DNA from: Eledone cirrhosa
Lineage: Eukaryota
Length of the DNA: 64,000 bases
Direction: 5' to 3'
Assembly: GCA_964016885.1 (NCBI GenBank)
Contig: OZ024743.1
Coordinates: 85,002,001 to 85,066,000 of the forward strand
A program made the position numbers and the translations under genes. Each line of letters starts with the position of its first letter. The stretch's first letter is position 1. A model generated the notes under the pieces. The model saw nothing but the letters and a program-made list of their open reading frames with translations, had not been told where the DNA came from and did not search any database. Of the stretch, positions 50,301-64,000 are shown piece after piece.

Positions 50301-53300
50301 TGACTGTGGGGACGCTGACCAGACAGCACAGCATGTGACTGTGGGGACCCTGACAAGACAGCCCAGCATGTGACTGTGGGGACCCTGACAAGACAGTCCA
50401 GCATGTGACTGTGGGAACCCTGACAAGACAGTCCAGCATGTGACTGTGGGGACCCTGACAAGACAGCAGAGCATGTGACTGTGGGGACCCTGACAAGACA
50501 GTCCAGCATGTGACTGTGGGGACCCTGACAAGACAGCCCAGCATGTGACTGTGGGGACCCTGACAAGACAGCCCAGCATGTGACTGTGGGGACCCTGGCA
50601 AGACAGTCCATCATGTGACTGTGGGGACCCTGACAAGACAGCACAGCATGTGACTGTGGGGACCCTGACAAGACAGTCCAGCATGTGACTGTGGGGACCC
50701 TGACAAGACAGTCCAGCATGTGACTGTGGGGACCCTGACAAGACACTCCAGCATGTGACTGTGGGGACCCTGACAAGACAGTCCAGCATGTGACTGTTGG
50801 GACCCTGACAAGTCAGCACAGCATGTGACTGTGGGGACCCTGACAAGACTGTCCAGCATGTTACTGTGGGGACCCTGACCAGACAGTCCAGCATGTGACT
50901 GTGGGGACCCTGACAAGACAGCACAGCATGTGACTGTGGGGACCCTGACCAGACAGCCCGGCATGTGACTGTGGGGACCCTGACAAGACAGCCCAGCATG
51001 TGACTGTGGGGACCCAGACAAGACAGCACAGCATGTGACTGTGGGGACCCTGACCAGACAGCACAGCATGTGACTGTGGGGACCCTGACAAGACAGTCCA
51101 GCATGTGACTGTGGGGACCCTGACAAGACAGTCCAGCATGTGACTGTGGGGACCCTGACCAGACAGCCCAGCATATGACTGTGGGGACCCTGACAAGACA
51201 GTCCAGCATGTGACTGTGGAGACCCTGACCAGACAGCACAGCATGTGACTGTGGGGACCCTGACAAGACAGTCCAGCATGTGACTGTGGGGACCATGACC
51301 AGACAGCACAGCATGTGACTGTGGGGACCCTGACCAGACAGCAGAGCATGTGACTGTGGGGACCCTGATCAGACAGTCCAGCATGTGACAGTGGGGACCC
51401 TGACCAGACAGCACAGCATGTGACTGTGGGGACCCTGACCAGACAGCATAGGATGTGACTGTGGGGACCCTGACAAGACTGTCCAGCATGTGACTATGGG
51501 GACCCTGACCAGACAGTCCAGCATGTGACTGTGGGGTCCCTGACCAGACAGTCCAGCATGTGACTGTGGGGACCCTGACAAGACAGTCCAGCATGTGACT
51601 GTGGGGACCCTGACAAGACAGCCCAGCATGTGAGTCTGGGAACCCTGACAAGACGGTCCAGCATATGACTGTGGGGACCCTGACAAGACAGCCCAGTATG
51701 TGACTGTGGGGACCCTGACCAGACAGCACAGCATTTTACTGTGGGGACCCTGACAAGACAGCCCAGCATGTGACTGTGGGGACCCTGACAAGACAGCCCA
51801 GCATGTGACTGTGGGGACCCTGACCAGACAGCACAGCATGTGACTGTGGGGACCCTGACCAGACAGCACAGCATGTGACTGTGGGGACCCTGACCAGACA
51901 GCACAGCATGTGACTGTGGGGACCCTGACCAGACAGCACAGCATGTGACTGTGGGGACCCTGACAAGACAGCACAGCATGTGACTGTGGGGACCCTGACC
52001 AGACAGCACAGCATGTGACTGTGGGGACCCTGACCAGACAGCACAGCATGTGACTGTGGGGACCCTGACAAGACAGCACAGCATGTGACTGTGGGGACCC
52101 TGATCAGACAGCAGAGCATGTGACTGTGGGGACCCTGACAAGATAGCACAGCATGTGACTGTGGGGACCCTGACAAGACAGTCCAGCATGTGACTGTGGG
52201 GACCCTGACCAGACAGCACAGCATGTGACTGTGGGGACCCTGACAAGACAGCAGAGCATGTGACTGTGGGGACCCTGACAAGACAGTCCAGCATGTGACT
52301 GTGGGGACCCTGACAAGACAGCCCAGCATGTGACTGTGGGGAGCCTGACAAGACAGTCCAGCATGTGACTGTGGGGACCCTGACCAGACAGCACAGCATG
52401 TGACTGTGGGGACCCTGACAAGACAGCCCAGCATGTGACTGTGGGGACCCTGACAAGATAGTCCAGCATGTGACTGTGGGGACACTGACCAGACAGCACA
52501 GCATGTGACTGTGGGGACCCTGACAAGACAGCAGAGCATGTGACTGTGGGGACCCTGACAAGACTGCACAGCATGTGACTGTGGGGACCCTGACCAGACA
52601 GTCCAGCATGTGACTGTGGGGACCCTGACCAGACAGCAGAGCATGTGACTGTGGGGACCCTGACAAGACAGCCCAGCATGTGACTGTGGGGACCCTGACA
52701 AGACAGCCCAGCATGTGACTGTGGGGACCCTGACCAGACAGCAGAGCATGTGACTGTGGGAACCCTGACCAGACAGTCCAGCATGTGACTGTGGGGACCC
52801 TGACAAGACAGTCCAGCATGTGACTGTGGGGACCCTGACCAGACAGCGCAGCATGTGACTGTGGGGACCCTGACAAGACAGCAGAGCATGTGACTGTGGG
52901 GACCCTGACCAGACAGTCCAGCATGTGACTGTGGGGACCCTGACAAGACAGTCCAGCACGTGACTGTGGGGACCCTGACCAGACAGCCCAGCATGTGACT
53001 GTGGGGACCCTGACCAAACAGCCCAGCGTGTGACTGTGGGGACCCTGACCAGACAGCACAGCATGTGACTGTGGGGACCCTGACAAGACAGCAGAGCATG
53101 TGACTGTGGGGACCCTGACAAGACAGTCCAGCATGTGACTGTGGGGACCCTGACAAGACAGCACAGCATGTGACTGTGGGGACCCTGACCAGACAGCAGA
53201 GCATGTGACTGTGGGGACCCTGACAAGACAGTCCAGCATGTGACTGTGGGGACCCTGACCAGACAGCCCAGCATGTGACTGTGGGGACCCTGACCAGACA

Positions 53301-56300
53301 GCACAGCATGTGACTGTGGCAACCCTGACAAGACAGCAGAGCATGTGACTGTGGGGACCCTGACAAGACAGCAGAGCATGTGACTGTGGGGACCCTGACA
53401 AGACAGTCCAGCATGTGACTGTGGGGACCCTGACAAGACAGCCCAGCATGTGACTGTGGGGACCCTGACAAGACAGCCCAGCATGTGACTGTGGGGACCC
53501 TGGCAAGACAGTCCATCATGTGACTGTGGGGACCCTGACAAGACAGCACAGCATGTGACTGTGGGGACCCTGACAAGACAGTCCAGCATGTGACTGTGGG
53601 GACCCTGACAAGACAGTCCAGCATGTGACTGTGGGGACCCTGACAAGACACTCCAGCATGTGACTGTGGGGACCCTGACAAGACAGTCCAGCATGTGACT
53701 GTTGGGAACCTGACAAGTCAGCACAGCATGTGACTGTCGGGACCCTGACAAGACTGTCCAGCATGTTACTGTGGGGACCCTGACCAGACAGTCCAGCATG
53801 TGACTGTGGGGACCCTGACAAGACAGCACAGCATGTGACTGTGGGGACCCTGACCAGACAGCCCGGCATGTGACTGTGGGGACCCTGACAAGACAGCCCA
53901 GCATGTGACTGTGGGGACCCTGACATGACAGCACAGCATGTGACTGTGGGGACCCTGACCAGACAGCACAGCATGTGACTGTGGGGACCCTGACAAGACA
54001 GTCCAGCATGTGACTGTGGGGACCCTGACAAGACAGTCCAGCATGTGACTGTGGGGACCCTGACCAGACAGCACAGCATGTGACTGTGGGGACCCTGACA
54101 AGACAGTCCAGCATGTGACTGTGGGTACCATGACCAGACAGCACAGCATGTGACTGTGGGGACCCTGACCAGACAGCAGAGCATGTGACTGTGGGGACCC
54201 TGACCAGACAGTCCAGCATGTGACAGTGGGGACCCTGACCAGACAGCACAGCATGTGACTGTGGGGACCCTGACCAGACAGCATAGGATGTGACTGTGGG
54301 GACCCTGACAAGACTGTCCAGCATGTGACTATGGGGACCCTGACCAGACAGTCCAGCATGTGACTGTGGGGTCCCTGACCAGACAGTCCAGCATGTGACT
54401 GTGGGGACCCTGACAAGACAGTCCAGCATGTGACTGTGGGGACCCTGACAAGACAGCCCAGCATGTGAGTCTGGGAACCCTGACAAGACAGTCCAGCATA
54501 TGACTGTGGGGACCCTGACAAGACAGCCCAGTATGTGACTGTGGGGACCCTGACCAGACAGCACAGCATTTTACTGTGGGGACCCTGACAAGACAGCCCA
54601 GCATGTGACTGTGGGGACCCTGACAAGACTGTCCACCATGTGACTGTGGGGACCCTGACAAGACAGCACAGCATGTGAATGTGGGGACCCTGACAAGACA
54701 CTCCAGCATGTGACTGTGGGGACCCTGACAAGACAGTCCAGCATGTGACTGTGGGGACCCTGACAAGACTGTCCAGCATGTGACTGTGGGGACCCTGACA
54801 AGACAGCACAGCATGTGACTGTGGGGACCCTGACAAGACAGTCCAGCATGTGACTGTGGGGACCCTGACCAGACAGCACAGCATGTGACTGTGGGGACCC
54901 TGACAAGACAGCACAGCATGTGACTGTGGGGACCCTGACAAGACAGCACAGCATGTGACTGTGGGGACCCTGACAAGACAGCCCAGCATGTGACTGTGGG
55001 GACCCTGACAAGACAGTCCAGCATGTGACTGTGGGGACCCTGACCAGACAGCACAGCATGTGACTGTGGGGACCCTGACAAGACAGCACAGCATGTGACT
55101 GTGGGGACCCTGACAAGGCAGTCCAGCATGTGACTGTGGGGACCCTGACAAGACAGCACATCATGTGACTGTGGTGACCCTGACAAGACAGCACAGCATG
55201 TGACTGTGGGGACCCTGACAAGACAGTCCAGCATGTGACTGTGGGGACCCTGACAAGACAGTCCAGCATGTGACTGTGGGGACCCTGACCAGACACCACA
55301 GCATGTGACTGTGGGGACCCTGACAAGACAGTCCAGCATGTGACTGTGGGGACCCTGACAAGACAGTCCAGCATGTGACTGTGGGGACCCTGACCAGACA
55401 GCACAGCATGTGACTGTGGGGACCCTGACAAGACAGTCCAGCATGTGACTGTGGGGACCCTGACCAGACACTCCAGCATGTGACTGTGGGGACCCTGACA
55501 AGACAGTCCAGCATGTGACTGTGGGGACCCTGACCAGACAGCACAGCATGTGACTGTGGGACCCTGACAAGACAGCCCAGCATGTGACTGTGGGGACCCT
55601 GACAAGACAGCCCAACATGTGACTGTGGGGACCCTGACAAGACAGCACATCATGTGACTGTGGGGACCCTGACCAGACAGCACAGCATGTGACTGTGGGG
55701 ACCCTGACAAGACAGCCCAGCATGTGACTGTGGGGACCCTGACCAGACAGCACAGCATGTGACTGTGGGGACCCTGACAAGACAGTCCAGCATGTGACTG
55801 TGGGGACCCTGACAAGACAGCCCAGCATGTGACTGTGGGGACCCTGACCAGACAGTCCAGCATGTGACTGTGTGGACCCTGACAAGACAGTCCAGCATGT
55901 GACTGTGGGGACCCCGACCAGACAGCGCAGCATGTGACTGTGGGGACCCTGACAAGACAGCACAGCATGTGACTGTGGGGACCCTGACCAGACAGTCCAG
56001 CATGTGACTGTGGGGACCCTGACAAGACAGCCCAGCATGTGACTGTGGGGACCCTGACCAGACAGTCCAGCATGTGACTGTGGGGACCCTGACAAGACAG
56101 TCCAGCATGTGACTGTGGGGACCCTGACCAGACAGCACAGCATGTGACTGTGGGGACCCTGACAAGACACTCCAGCATGTGACTGTGGGGACCCTGACCA
56201 GACAGTCCAGCATGTGACTGTGGGGACCCTGACCAGACAGCCCAGCATGTGACTGTGGGGACCCTGACAAGACAGTCCAGCATGTGACTGTGGGGACCCT

Positions 56301-58380
56301 GACCAGACAGCCCAGCATGTGACTGTGGGGACCCTGACAAGACAGCCCCGCATGTGACTGTGGGGACCCTGACCAGACAGCACAGCATGTGACTGTGGGG
56401 ACCCTGACAAGACAGTCCAGCATGTGACTGTGGGGACCCTGACAAGACAGCACAGCATGTGACAGTGGGGACCCTGACAAGACAGCACAGCATGTGACTG
56501 TGGGGACCCTGACCAGACAGCACAGCATGTGACTGTGGGGACCCTGACAAGACAGTCCAGCATGTGACTGTGGGGACCCTGACAAGACAGTCCAGCATGT
56601 GACTGTGGGGACCCTGACCAGACAGCCCAGCATGTGATTGTGGGGACCCTGACAAGACAGTCCAGCATGTGACTGTGGGGACCCTGACCATCAGCACAGC
56701 ATGTGACTGTGGGGACCCTGACAAGACAGTCCAGCATGTGACTGTGGGGACCCTGACAAGACAGTCCTGCATGTGACTGTGGGGACCCTGACAAGACAGC
56801 AGAGCATGTGACTGTGGGGACCCTGACAAGACAGCACAGCATGTGACTGTGGGGACCCTGACAAGACAGTCCAGCATGTGACAGTGGGGACCCTGACAAG
56901 ACAGCACAGCATGTGACTGTGGGGACCCTGACCAGACAGTCCAGCATGTGACTGTGGGGACCCTGACCAGACAGCACAGCATGTGACAGTGGGGACCCTG
57001 ACAAGACAGTCCAGCATGTGACTGTGGGGACCCTGACCAGACAGCACAGCATGTGACAGTGGGGACCCTGACAAGACAGCACAGCATGTGACTGTGGGGA
57101 CCCTGACCAGACAGCACAGCATGTGACTGTGGGGACCCTGACAAGACAGTCCAGCATGTGACTGTGGGGACACTGACAAGACAGTCCAGCATGTGACTGC
57201 GGGGACCCTGACCAGACAGTCCAGCATGTGACTGTGGGGACCCTGACCAGACAGCGCAGCATGTGACTGTGGGGACCCTGACAAGACAGCAGAGCATGTG
57301 ACTGTGGGGACCCTGACAAGACAGTCCAGCATGTGACTGTGGGGACCCTGACAAGACAGTCCAGCATGTGACTGTGGGGACCCTGACCAGACAGCACAGC
57401 ATGTGACTGTGGGGACCCTGACAAGACAGCAGAGCATGTGACTGTGGTGACCCTGACAAGACAGCACAGCATGTGACTGTGGGGACCCTGACAAGACAGT
57501 CCAGCATGTGACTGTGGGGACCCTGACAAGACAGCACAGCATGTGACTGTGGGGACCCTGACAAGACAGCCCAGCATATGACTGTGGGGACCATGACCAG
57601 ACAGCACAGCATGTGACTGTGGGGACCCTGACCAGACAGCAGAGCATGTGACTGTGGGGACCCTGACCAGACAGTCCAGCATGTGACAGTGGGGACCCTG
57701 ACCAGACAGCACAGCATGTGACTGTGGGGACCCTGACCAGACAGTCCAGCATGTGACTGTGGGGACCCTGACCAGACAGTCCAGCATGTGACTGTGGGGA
57801 CCCTGACCAGACAGTCCAGCATGTGACTGTGGGGACCCTGACCAGACAGCCCAGCATGTGACTGTGGGGACCCTGACCAGACAGCCCAGCATATGACTGT
57901 GGGGACCCTGAGCTGACAGCACAGCATGTGACTGTGGGGACCCTGACAAGACAGCCCAGCATGTGACTGTGTGGACCCTGACAAGACAGTCCAGCATGTG
58001 AGTGTGGGGACCCTGACCAGACAGCAGAGCATGTGACTGTGGGGACCCTGACCAGACAGCACAGCATGTGACTGTGGGGACCCTGACCAGACATTCCAGC
58101 ATGTGACTGTGGGGACCCTGACAAGACAGCACAGCATTTGACTGTGGGGACCCTGACCAGACAGTCCAGCATGTGACTGTGGGCACCCTGACAAGACAGT
58201 ACAGCTTGTGACTGTGGGGACCCTGACCAGACAGCCCAACATGTAACTGTGGGGAGCCCCCAAAACAGCCCAGCATGTGACTGTGGGGATCCTGAAAGAC
58301 AGCCCAGCATGTGACTGTGGGGACCCCGAAAGACAGTCCAGCATGTGACTGTGGGGACCCTGACCAGACAGTATTGCATG
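38392..58380. repeat. 35-bp satellite array (~570 units) with multi-kb higher-order duplications
   Basis: Unit AGCATGTGACTGTGGGGACCCTGAC[A/C]AGACAG[TCC/CCC/CAC/CAG]. Confidence 0.98.
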
Positions 58381-58469
58381 TTGCTTGGGATTGCCCCTCT
58401 GAGATTTTCCTGCTGGCTTGGAGACAATCCATAATGCTGCAAATGACACCTTGATCTGTCTCACCAATC

Positions 58470-58615
58470 TCAGTCTGTCTCTCTATTGTCACACCTCAGT
58501 CTGTCTCACTATTGTCACACCTTAGTCTGTCCCTCTATTGTGACACCTTAGTCTGTCTCTCTATTGTGACACCTTAGTCTGTCTCTCTATTGTGACACCT
58601 TAGTCTGTCTCACAA
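58470..58615. repeat. 26-bp minisatellite
   Basis: About 5 units of cttagtctgtctctctattgtgacac. Confidence 0.85.
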
Positions 58616-58935
58616 ATCTTGATCTATCTCTCTAACCATTGTGCATATGTCATATGACAAGCAAAAGATTCCAATATTGATTTTTAGCATAGTGACTAGG
58701 CCCCATATATTTTGTGGAAATGAGGGGTTAAGCAATTAAATCAACTCTAGTCCATGCTTTTATCTGATTTCCTTTCACTCACTATGGAAGATCAGTTGGT
58801 GTCATTTCGGTAGCAATCTGATAACCAAAGACAAGGATGTTTGTTTTACTTTTTATTCCTCCTCTTTCCTAAACATAGGTGGGATACCAGCTAGGATGTT
58901 GAAGCCATGGGAGAATCTGCAGCCTTGGATAGGGC

Positions 58936-59252
58936 CAGGGCCGGATTTAATGGAGGGCAAAGGGGGCAATTGCCCCGGGACCCCTGCAGTGGGGAGGCCC
59001 CACCAGTGATAGTCGTAGCAATTTATTTGTGCCCTTAGCTGAGCTTTTTAGTTTTAGGATGTTTAGAATGTTTTAATTTAATACCTGTATGTATAACTTT
59101 TCAATTCCAATTACTTGTGTCTAGCTAACTTTGATATGTAAAATTGGGTGTGGGGGGGGGGTGTGTGCTGTGTATTCTAATTTTTTGTGTATGAGAGGCC
59201 CCCCCAAAACCTGAAGTACCCTGGGCACCCCCAAGGTATAAATCCAGCCCTG
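58936..59252. mobile_element. hAT-type MITE
   Basis: TIRs cagggccggattta / taaatccagccctg; 8-bp TSD gatagggc/gatagagg (6 of 8 match); subterminal gcccc motifs. Confidence 0.8.
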
Positions 59253-59328
59253 GATAGAGGTCCATTCTACGAAAATATAAATAGTGAAGCAAACTTCTTA
59301 ACACCACAGCCAAGCAGGATTTACTCCC

Positions 59329-59628
59329 ATGAGGCCCGTTGCTAAGGTTGGGCTGGATATATGTAATGAGGCCCGTTGCTAAGGTTGGGCTGGATACATG
59401 TAATGAGGCCCGTTGCTAAGGTTGGGCTGGATACATGTAATGAGGCCCGTTGCTAAGGTTGGGCTGGATATATGTAATGAGGCCCGTTGCTAAGGTTTGG
59501 GCTGGATATATGTAATGAGGCCCGTTGCTAAGGTTTGGGCTGGATATATGTAATGAGGCCCGTTGCTAAGGTTTGGGCTGGATATATGTAATGAGGCCTG
59601 TTGCTAAGGAGGTTTGGGCTGGATATAC
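59329..59628. repeat. 37/38-bp minisatellite, 8 copies
   Basis: atgaggcccgttgctaaggtt(t)gggctggatatatgta. Confidence 0.95.
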
Positions 59629-59714
59629 TGATTCTTTAACTTTATCTTAGAATTATTGTAACCAATGGGATTGTATTTATACTGGGTTTACCTCAGTATA
59701 TTACTGGGATGGAC

Positions 59715-61280
59715 GTAGTGGTAGTAGTAGGAGTCATGGTGGTGGTGGTAGTGATGGTAGTTGTGCTGGTAGTAGTGATAGTAGTAGTAGTAGTAGTAGC
59801 AGCAGCAGTAGTAGTAGTAGCAGTAGTGGCAACGGCGGCAGCAGTGGTTGTGGTGGTAGTAGTAGTGGTGGGAGTGGTGGTCGTAGTACTAGAGGTGATG
59901 TTGGTGGTGGTAGTAGTAGTAGCAGCAGCAGCAGCAGCAGGAGCAGTAGTAGTAGTAGTGGTGGTGGTAGCAGTAGTTGTATAAGTTGTAGTAGTAGTAG
60001 TAGCAGCAGCAGTAGTAGTAGTAGTGGTGGTGGTGGTAGCAGTAGTTGTAGTAGTGGTGGTAGCAGTGGTAGTAGTAGTTGTAGTGGTAGTAGTATTAGT
60101 AGTTGTAGTGGTGGTGGTAGTAGGTGAGGTCCATCAATAATCACCACTGGCATAAGACTGTCATTATCTTAATTGAATTTATGTATCTAATTATCACATT
60201 ACAGCTGGCTGTCTGTTAATTGATTGCATTGTCTGCCTGTCTGACTGTCTGTCTGACTGGCTGTCTGTCTGACTGGCTGTCTGGCTGTTGGACTGTGTAT
60301 CTGTGTGTCTATATGTGTGTCTGTCTGACTGTGTGTCTGTCTCTCTGGTTGTGTGTCTGTGTGTCTGTCTCTCTGTCTGTCTAACTGGGTATTAGATTAT
60401 TTGTCTGTATATCTGGTTTTTAGACACTGTCTGTGTGTCAGACTGACTGTCTAGCTGGGTTGTCTAACTGCTTGTCTGACTTTATGCCTATCAGTTCATC
60501 TGTGTGTTTATTTGGCAGTCTGCTTATCTATTTATCTCTCTGTCTATGTATGTCTGTCTGTCAGCCTTTCTCTCTCTGACTATCTATCTCTTTGTCTGTC
60601 TGTCTATCATCCTATCTATCTGTATATGTATTGATAAGTCTATCTGACCTCCACATTGACTGGACAGCTGACCTCCACATCATCTGACCATCTTGTTAAC
60701 AAACCTTTACATCTGGACAACTGGCCACCATATTAACCGGACAACTGACCTACTCATTATCTGAACAACTGGCCTCCTCATTAACTGGACAATTGACCTC
60801 CATATCATCTGAACATCTGGTCAACTGACTTTTACATTTGGACAACTGGCATAACCATTAGCTGGACCACATTTTCTAGAGAACTGACCTCCACATTTAC
60901 TGGACTTCAGGACAATCGATACCCTGATTAAAAGGACATCTGGACAACTGACTTCCACACTATCTGGACATCTGGACAACTGACTTCCACATTTGTCCCA
61001 GATAACAATATCTGGTCTATTATATGAGTAATGTTCCATCTAGGATTGTTGTAATGTTCCATCTAGATTGGTTTTACACTAGTTGGAGAGGTAACCATGT
61101 AGAGGTACACCATGTAGGAGTACACGCATGGAGGTACTGAATGTAGATGCCTAGCAATGGAAATACACCATGTAAAGTTACACCATATGGAGGTACATTG
61201 TGTGGAGGTGGAACATGTAGAGATACATTATATAAAGATACATCATATGGAGGTACACTATATGGAGATACATTATGAGG
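59715..61280. repeat. cluster of simple and degenerate repeats (GTA/GTG/GCA; TCTG; tggacaactgacctccacat; ggtacaccatgtaga)
   Basis: Direct reading. Confidence 0.8.
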
Positions 61281-61282
61281 AA

Positions 61283-64000
61283 ATATTCTGTTAGTGTCTC
61301 AATTTCAGTATCCTAATTTATTCCAGTTAGTGTCACAATATATTCCTGTTAGTGACCCAACTTCAGTGTCCCAATATATTCCTGCTAGTGTCCCAACTTT
61401 AGTGTCCTAGTATATTCCTGTTAGTGTCCCAATTTCAGTATTCCAATATATTACTGCTACTGTTGCAACTTCAGTATCTCAATATATTACTGTTAGTGTC
61501 CCAACTTCAGTGTCCCAATATATTCCTGTTAGTGTCTTAGTGTTCCAACTTCAGTGTCCCAATATATTCCTGTTAGTGTCTTAGTGTTCCAACTTCAGTG
61601 TCCCAATATATTCCTGTTAGTGTCTTAGTGTTCCAACTTCAGTGTCCCAATATATTCCTGTTAGTGTCTTAGTGTTCCAACTTCAGTGTCCCAATATATT
61701 CCTGTTAGTGTCTCAGTGTTCCAACTTCAGTGTCCCAATATATTCCTGTTAGTGTCTTAGTATTCCAACTTCAGTGTCCCAATATATTCCTGTTAGTGTC
61801 TTAGTGTTCCAACTTCAGTGTCCCAATATATTCCTGTTAGTGTCTCAGTGTTCCAACTTCAGTGTCCCAATATATTCCTGTTAGTGTCTTAGTGTTCCAA
61901 CTTCAGTGTCCCAACTCCTGTGTCCTAATATATTCCTGTTAGTGTCTGAGTGTCCCAACTTCAGTGTCCCAATATATTCCTGTTAGTGTCTTAGTGTTCC
62001 AACTTCAGTGTCCCAATATATTTCTGTTAGTGTCTCAATGTCCCAACTTCAGTGTCCCAATATATTCCTGTTAGTGTCTCAGTGTCCCAACTTCAGTGTC
62101 CCAATATATTCCTGTTAGTGTCTCAGTGTTCCAACTTCAGTGTCCCAATATATTCCTGTTAGTGTCTCAATGTCCCAACTTCAGTGTCCCAATATATTTC
62201 TGTTAGTGTCTTAGTGTTCCAACTTCAGTGTCCCAATATATTCCTGTTAGTGTCTGAGTGTCCCAACTTCAGTGTCCCAATATATTCCTGTTAGTGTCTT
62301 AGTGTTCCAACTTCAGTGTCCCAATATATTCCTGTTAGTGTCTCAATGTCCCAACTTCAGTGTCCCAATATATTCCTGTTAGTGTCTTAGTGTTCCAACT
62401 TCAGTGTCCCAATATATTCCTGTTAGTGTCTCAGTGTTCCAACTTCAGTGTCCCAATATATTCCTGTTAGTGTCTTAGTGTTACAACTTCAGTGTCCCAA
62501 TATATTCCTGTTAGTGTCTTAGTGTTCCAACTTCAGTGTCCCAATATATTCCTGTTAGTGTCTCAGTGTTACAACTTCAGTGTCCCAATATATTCCTGTT
62601 AGTGTCTTAGTGTTCCAACTTCAGTGTCCCAATATATTCCTGTTAGTGTCTCAGTGTTCCAACTTCAGTGTCCCAATATATTCCTGTTAGTGTCTTAGTG
62701 TTCCAACTTCAGTGTCCCAATATATTCCTGTTAGTGTCTCAGTGTTCCAACTTCAGTGTCCCAATATATTCCTGTTAGTGTCTCAGTGTTCCAACTTCAG
62801 TGTCCCAATATATTCCTGTTAGTGTCTCAGTGTTCCAACTTCAGTGTCCCAATATATTCCTGTTAGTGTCTTAGTGTTCCAACTTCAGTGTCCCAATATA
62901 TTCCTGTTAGTGTCTTAGTGTTCCAACTTCAGTGTCCCAATATATTCCTGTTAGTGTCTCAGTGTTCCAACTTCAGTGTCCCAATATATTCCTGTTAGTG
63001 TCTTAGTGTTCCAACTTCAGTGTCCCAATATATTCCTGTTAGTGTCTTAGTGTTCCAACTTCAGTGTCCCAATATATTCCTGTTAGTGTCTTAGTGTTCC
63101 AACTTCAGTGTCCCAATATATTCCTGTTAGTGTCTTAGTGTTCCAACTTCAGTGTCCCAATATATTCCTGTTAGTGTCTCAGTGTTCCAACTTCAGTGTC
63201 CCAATATATTCCTGTTAGTGTCTCAGTGTTCCAACTTCAGTGTCCCAATATATTCCTGTTAGTGTCTCAGTGTTCCAACTTCAGTGTCCCAATATATTCC
63301 TGTTAGTGTCTCAGTGTTCCAACTTCAGTGTCCCAATATATTCCTGTTAATGTCTCAGTGTTCCAACTTCAGTGTCCCAATATATTCCTGTTAGTGTCTC
63401 AGTGTTCCAACTTCAGTGTCCCAATATATTCCTGTTAGTGTCTTAGTATTCCAACTTCAGTGTCCCAATATATTTCTGTTAGTGTCTTAGTGTTCCAACT
63501 TCAGTGTCCCAATATATTCCTGTTAGTGTCTCAGTGTTCCAACTTCAGTGTCCCAATATATTCCTGTTAGTGTCTTAGTGTTCCAACTTCAGTGTCCCAA
63601 CTCCTGTGTCCTAATATATTCCTGTTAGTGTCTGAGTGTCCCAACTTCAGTGTCCCAATATATTCCTGTTAGTGTCTTAGTGTTCCAACTTCAGTGTCCC
63701 AATATATTCCTGTTAGTGTCTCAATGTCCCAACTTCAGTGTCCCAATATATTCCTGTTAGTGTCTCAGTGTCCCAACTTCAGTGTCCCAATATATTCCTG
63801 TTAGTGTCTCAGTGTTCCAACTTCAGTGTCCCAATATATTCCTGTTAGTGTCTCAATGTCCCAACTTCAGTGTCCCAATATATTTCTGTTAGTGTCTTAG
63901 TGTTCCAACTTCAGTGTCCCAATATATTCCTGTTAGTGTCTGAGTGTCCCAACTTCAGTGTCCCAATATATTCCTGTTAGTGTCTTAGTGTTCCAACTTC
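61283..64000. repeat. 44-bp satellite (36-bp precursor units at the left edge), truncated by the window end
   Basis: Unit cctgttagtgtcttagtgttccaacttcagtgtcccaatatatt. Confidence 0.97.

Noticed and set aside
38392-58380. CRISPR array (35-bp repeat)
   Set aside because: Head-to-tail units with no unique spacers, no cas genes, eukaryotic context
38392-58380. RAG recombination signal heptamers (CACAGTC on the minus strand)
   Set aside because: One mismatch to CACAGTG, no nonamer at 12/23 spacing, no RAG/Transib ORF
38328-58492. Giant minus-strand ORFs (up to 1971 aa) in all three frames
   Set aside because: The 35-bp unit has no stop on the minus strand, so all three frames give the same 35-aa cycle; point variants create stops at random and there is no domain or codon-position signal

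Overview
AT-rich, repeat-dense animal genomic DNA. The SINE, RTE-LINE and microsatellite content suggests a coleoid cephalopod (Octopus-like); this is an inference. Positions 1475-9491 (+) hold the last six coding exons of a WD40 axonemal dynein intermediate chain (DNAI4/WDR78-like), all with GT-AG boundaries and consistent phase, plus a candidate extra 75-nt in-frame cassette exon. The rest is RTE and CR1 LINE copies, tRNA-derived SINEs, hAT and mariner MITEs, many minisatellites, a 20-kb 35-bp satellite with multi-kb higher-order duplications (38392-58380) and a 44-bp satellite running off the end. The most notable unannotated signal is a set of non-coding foldback or direct-repeat elements beside (TA)n tracts. 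Most carry a minimal type I hammerhead-ribozyme motif (CTGATGA-stem II-GAAA-palindromic stem III-UH), as in Penelope-like element pseudo-LTRs and retrozymes. Three lie sense-oriented in introns of the dynein gene. The very long ORFs in the track are artefacts of tandem repeats.
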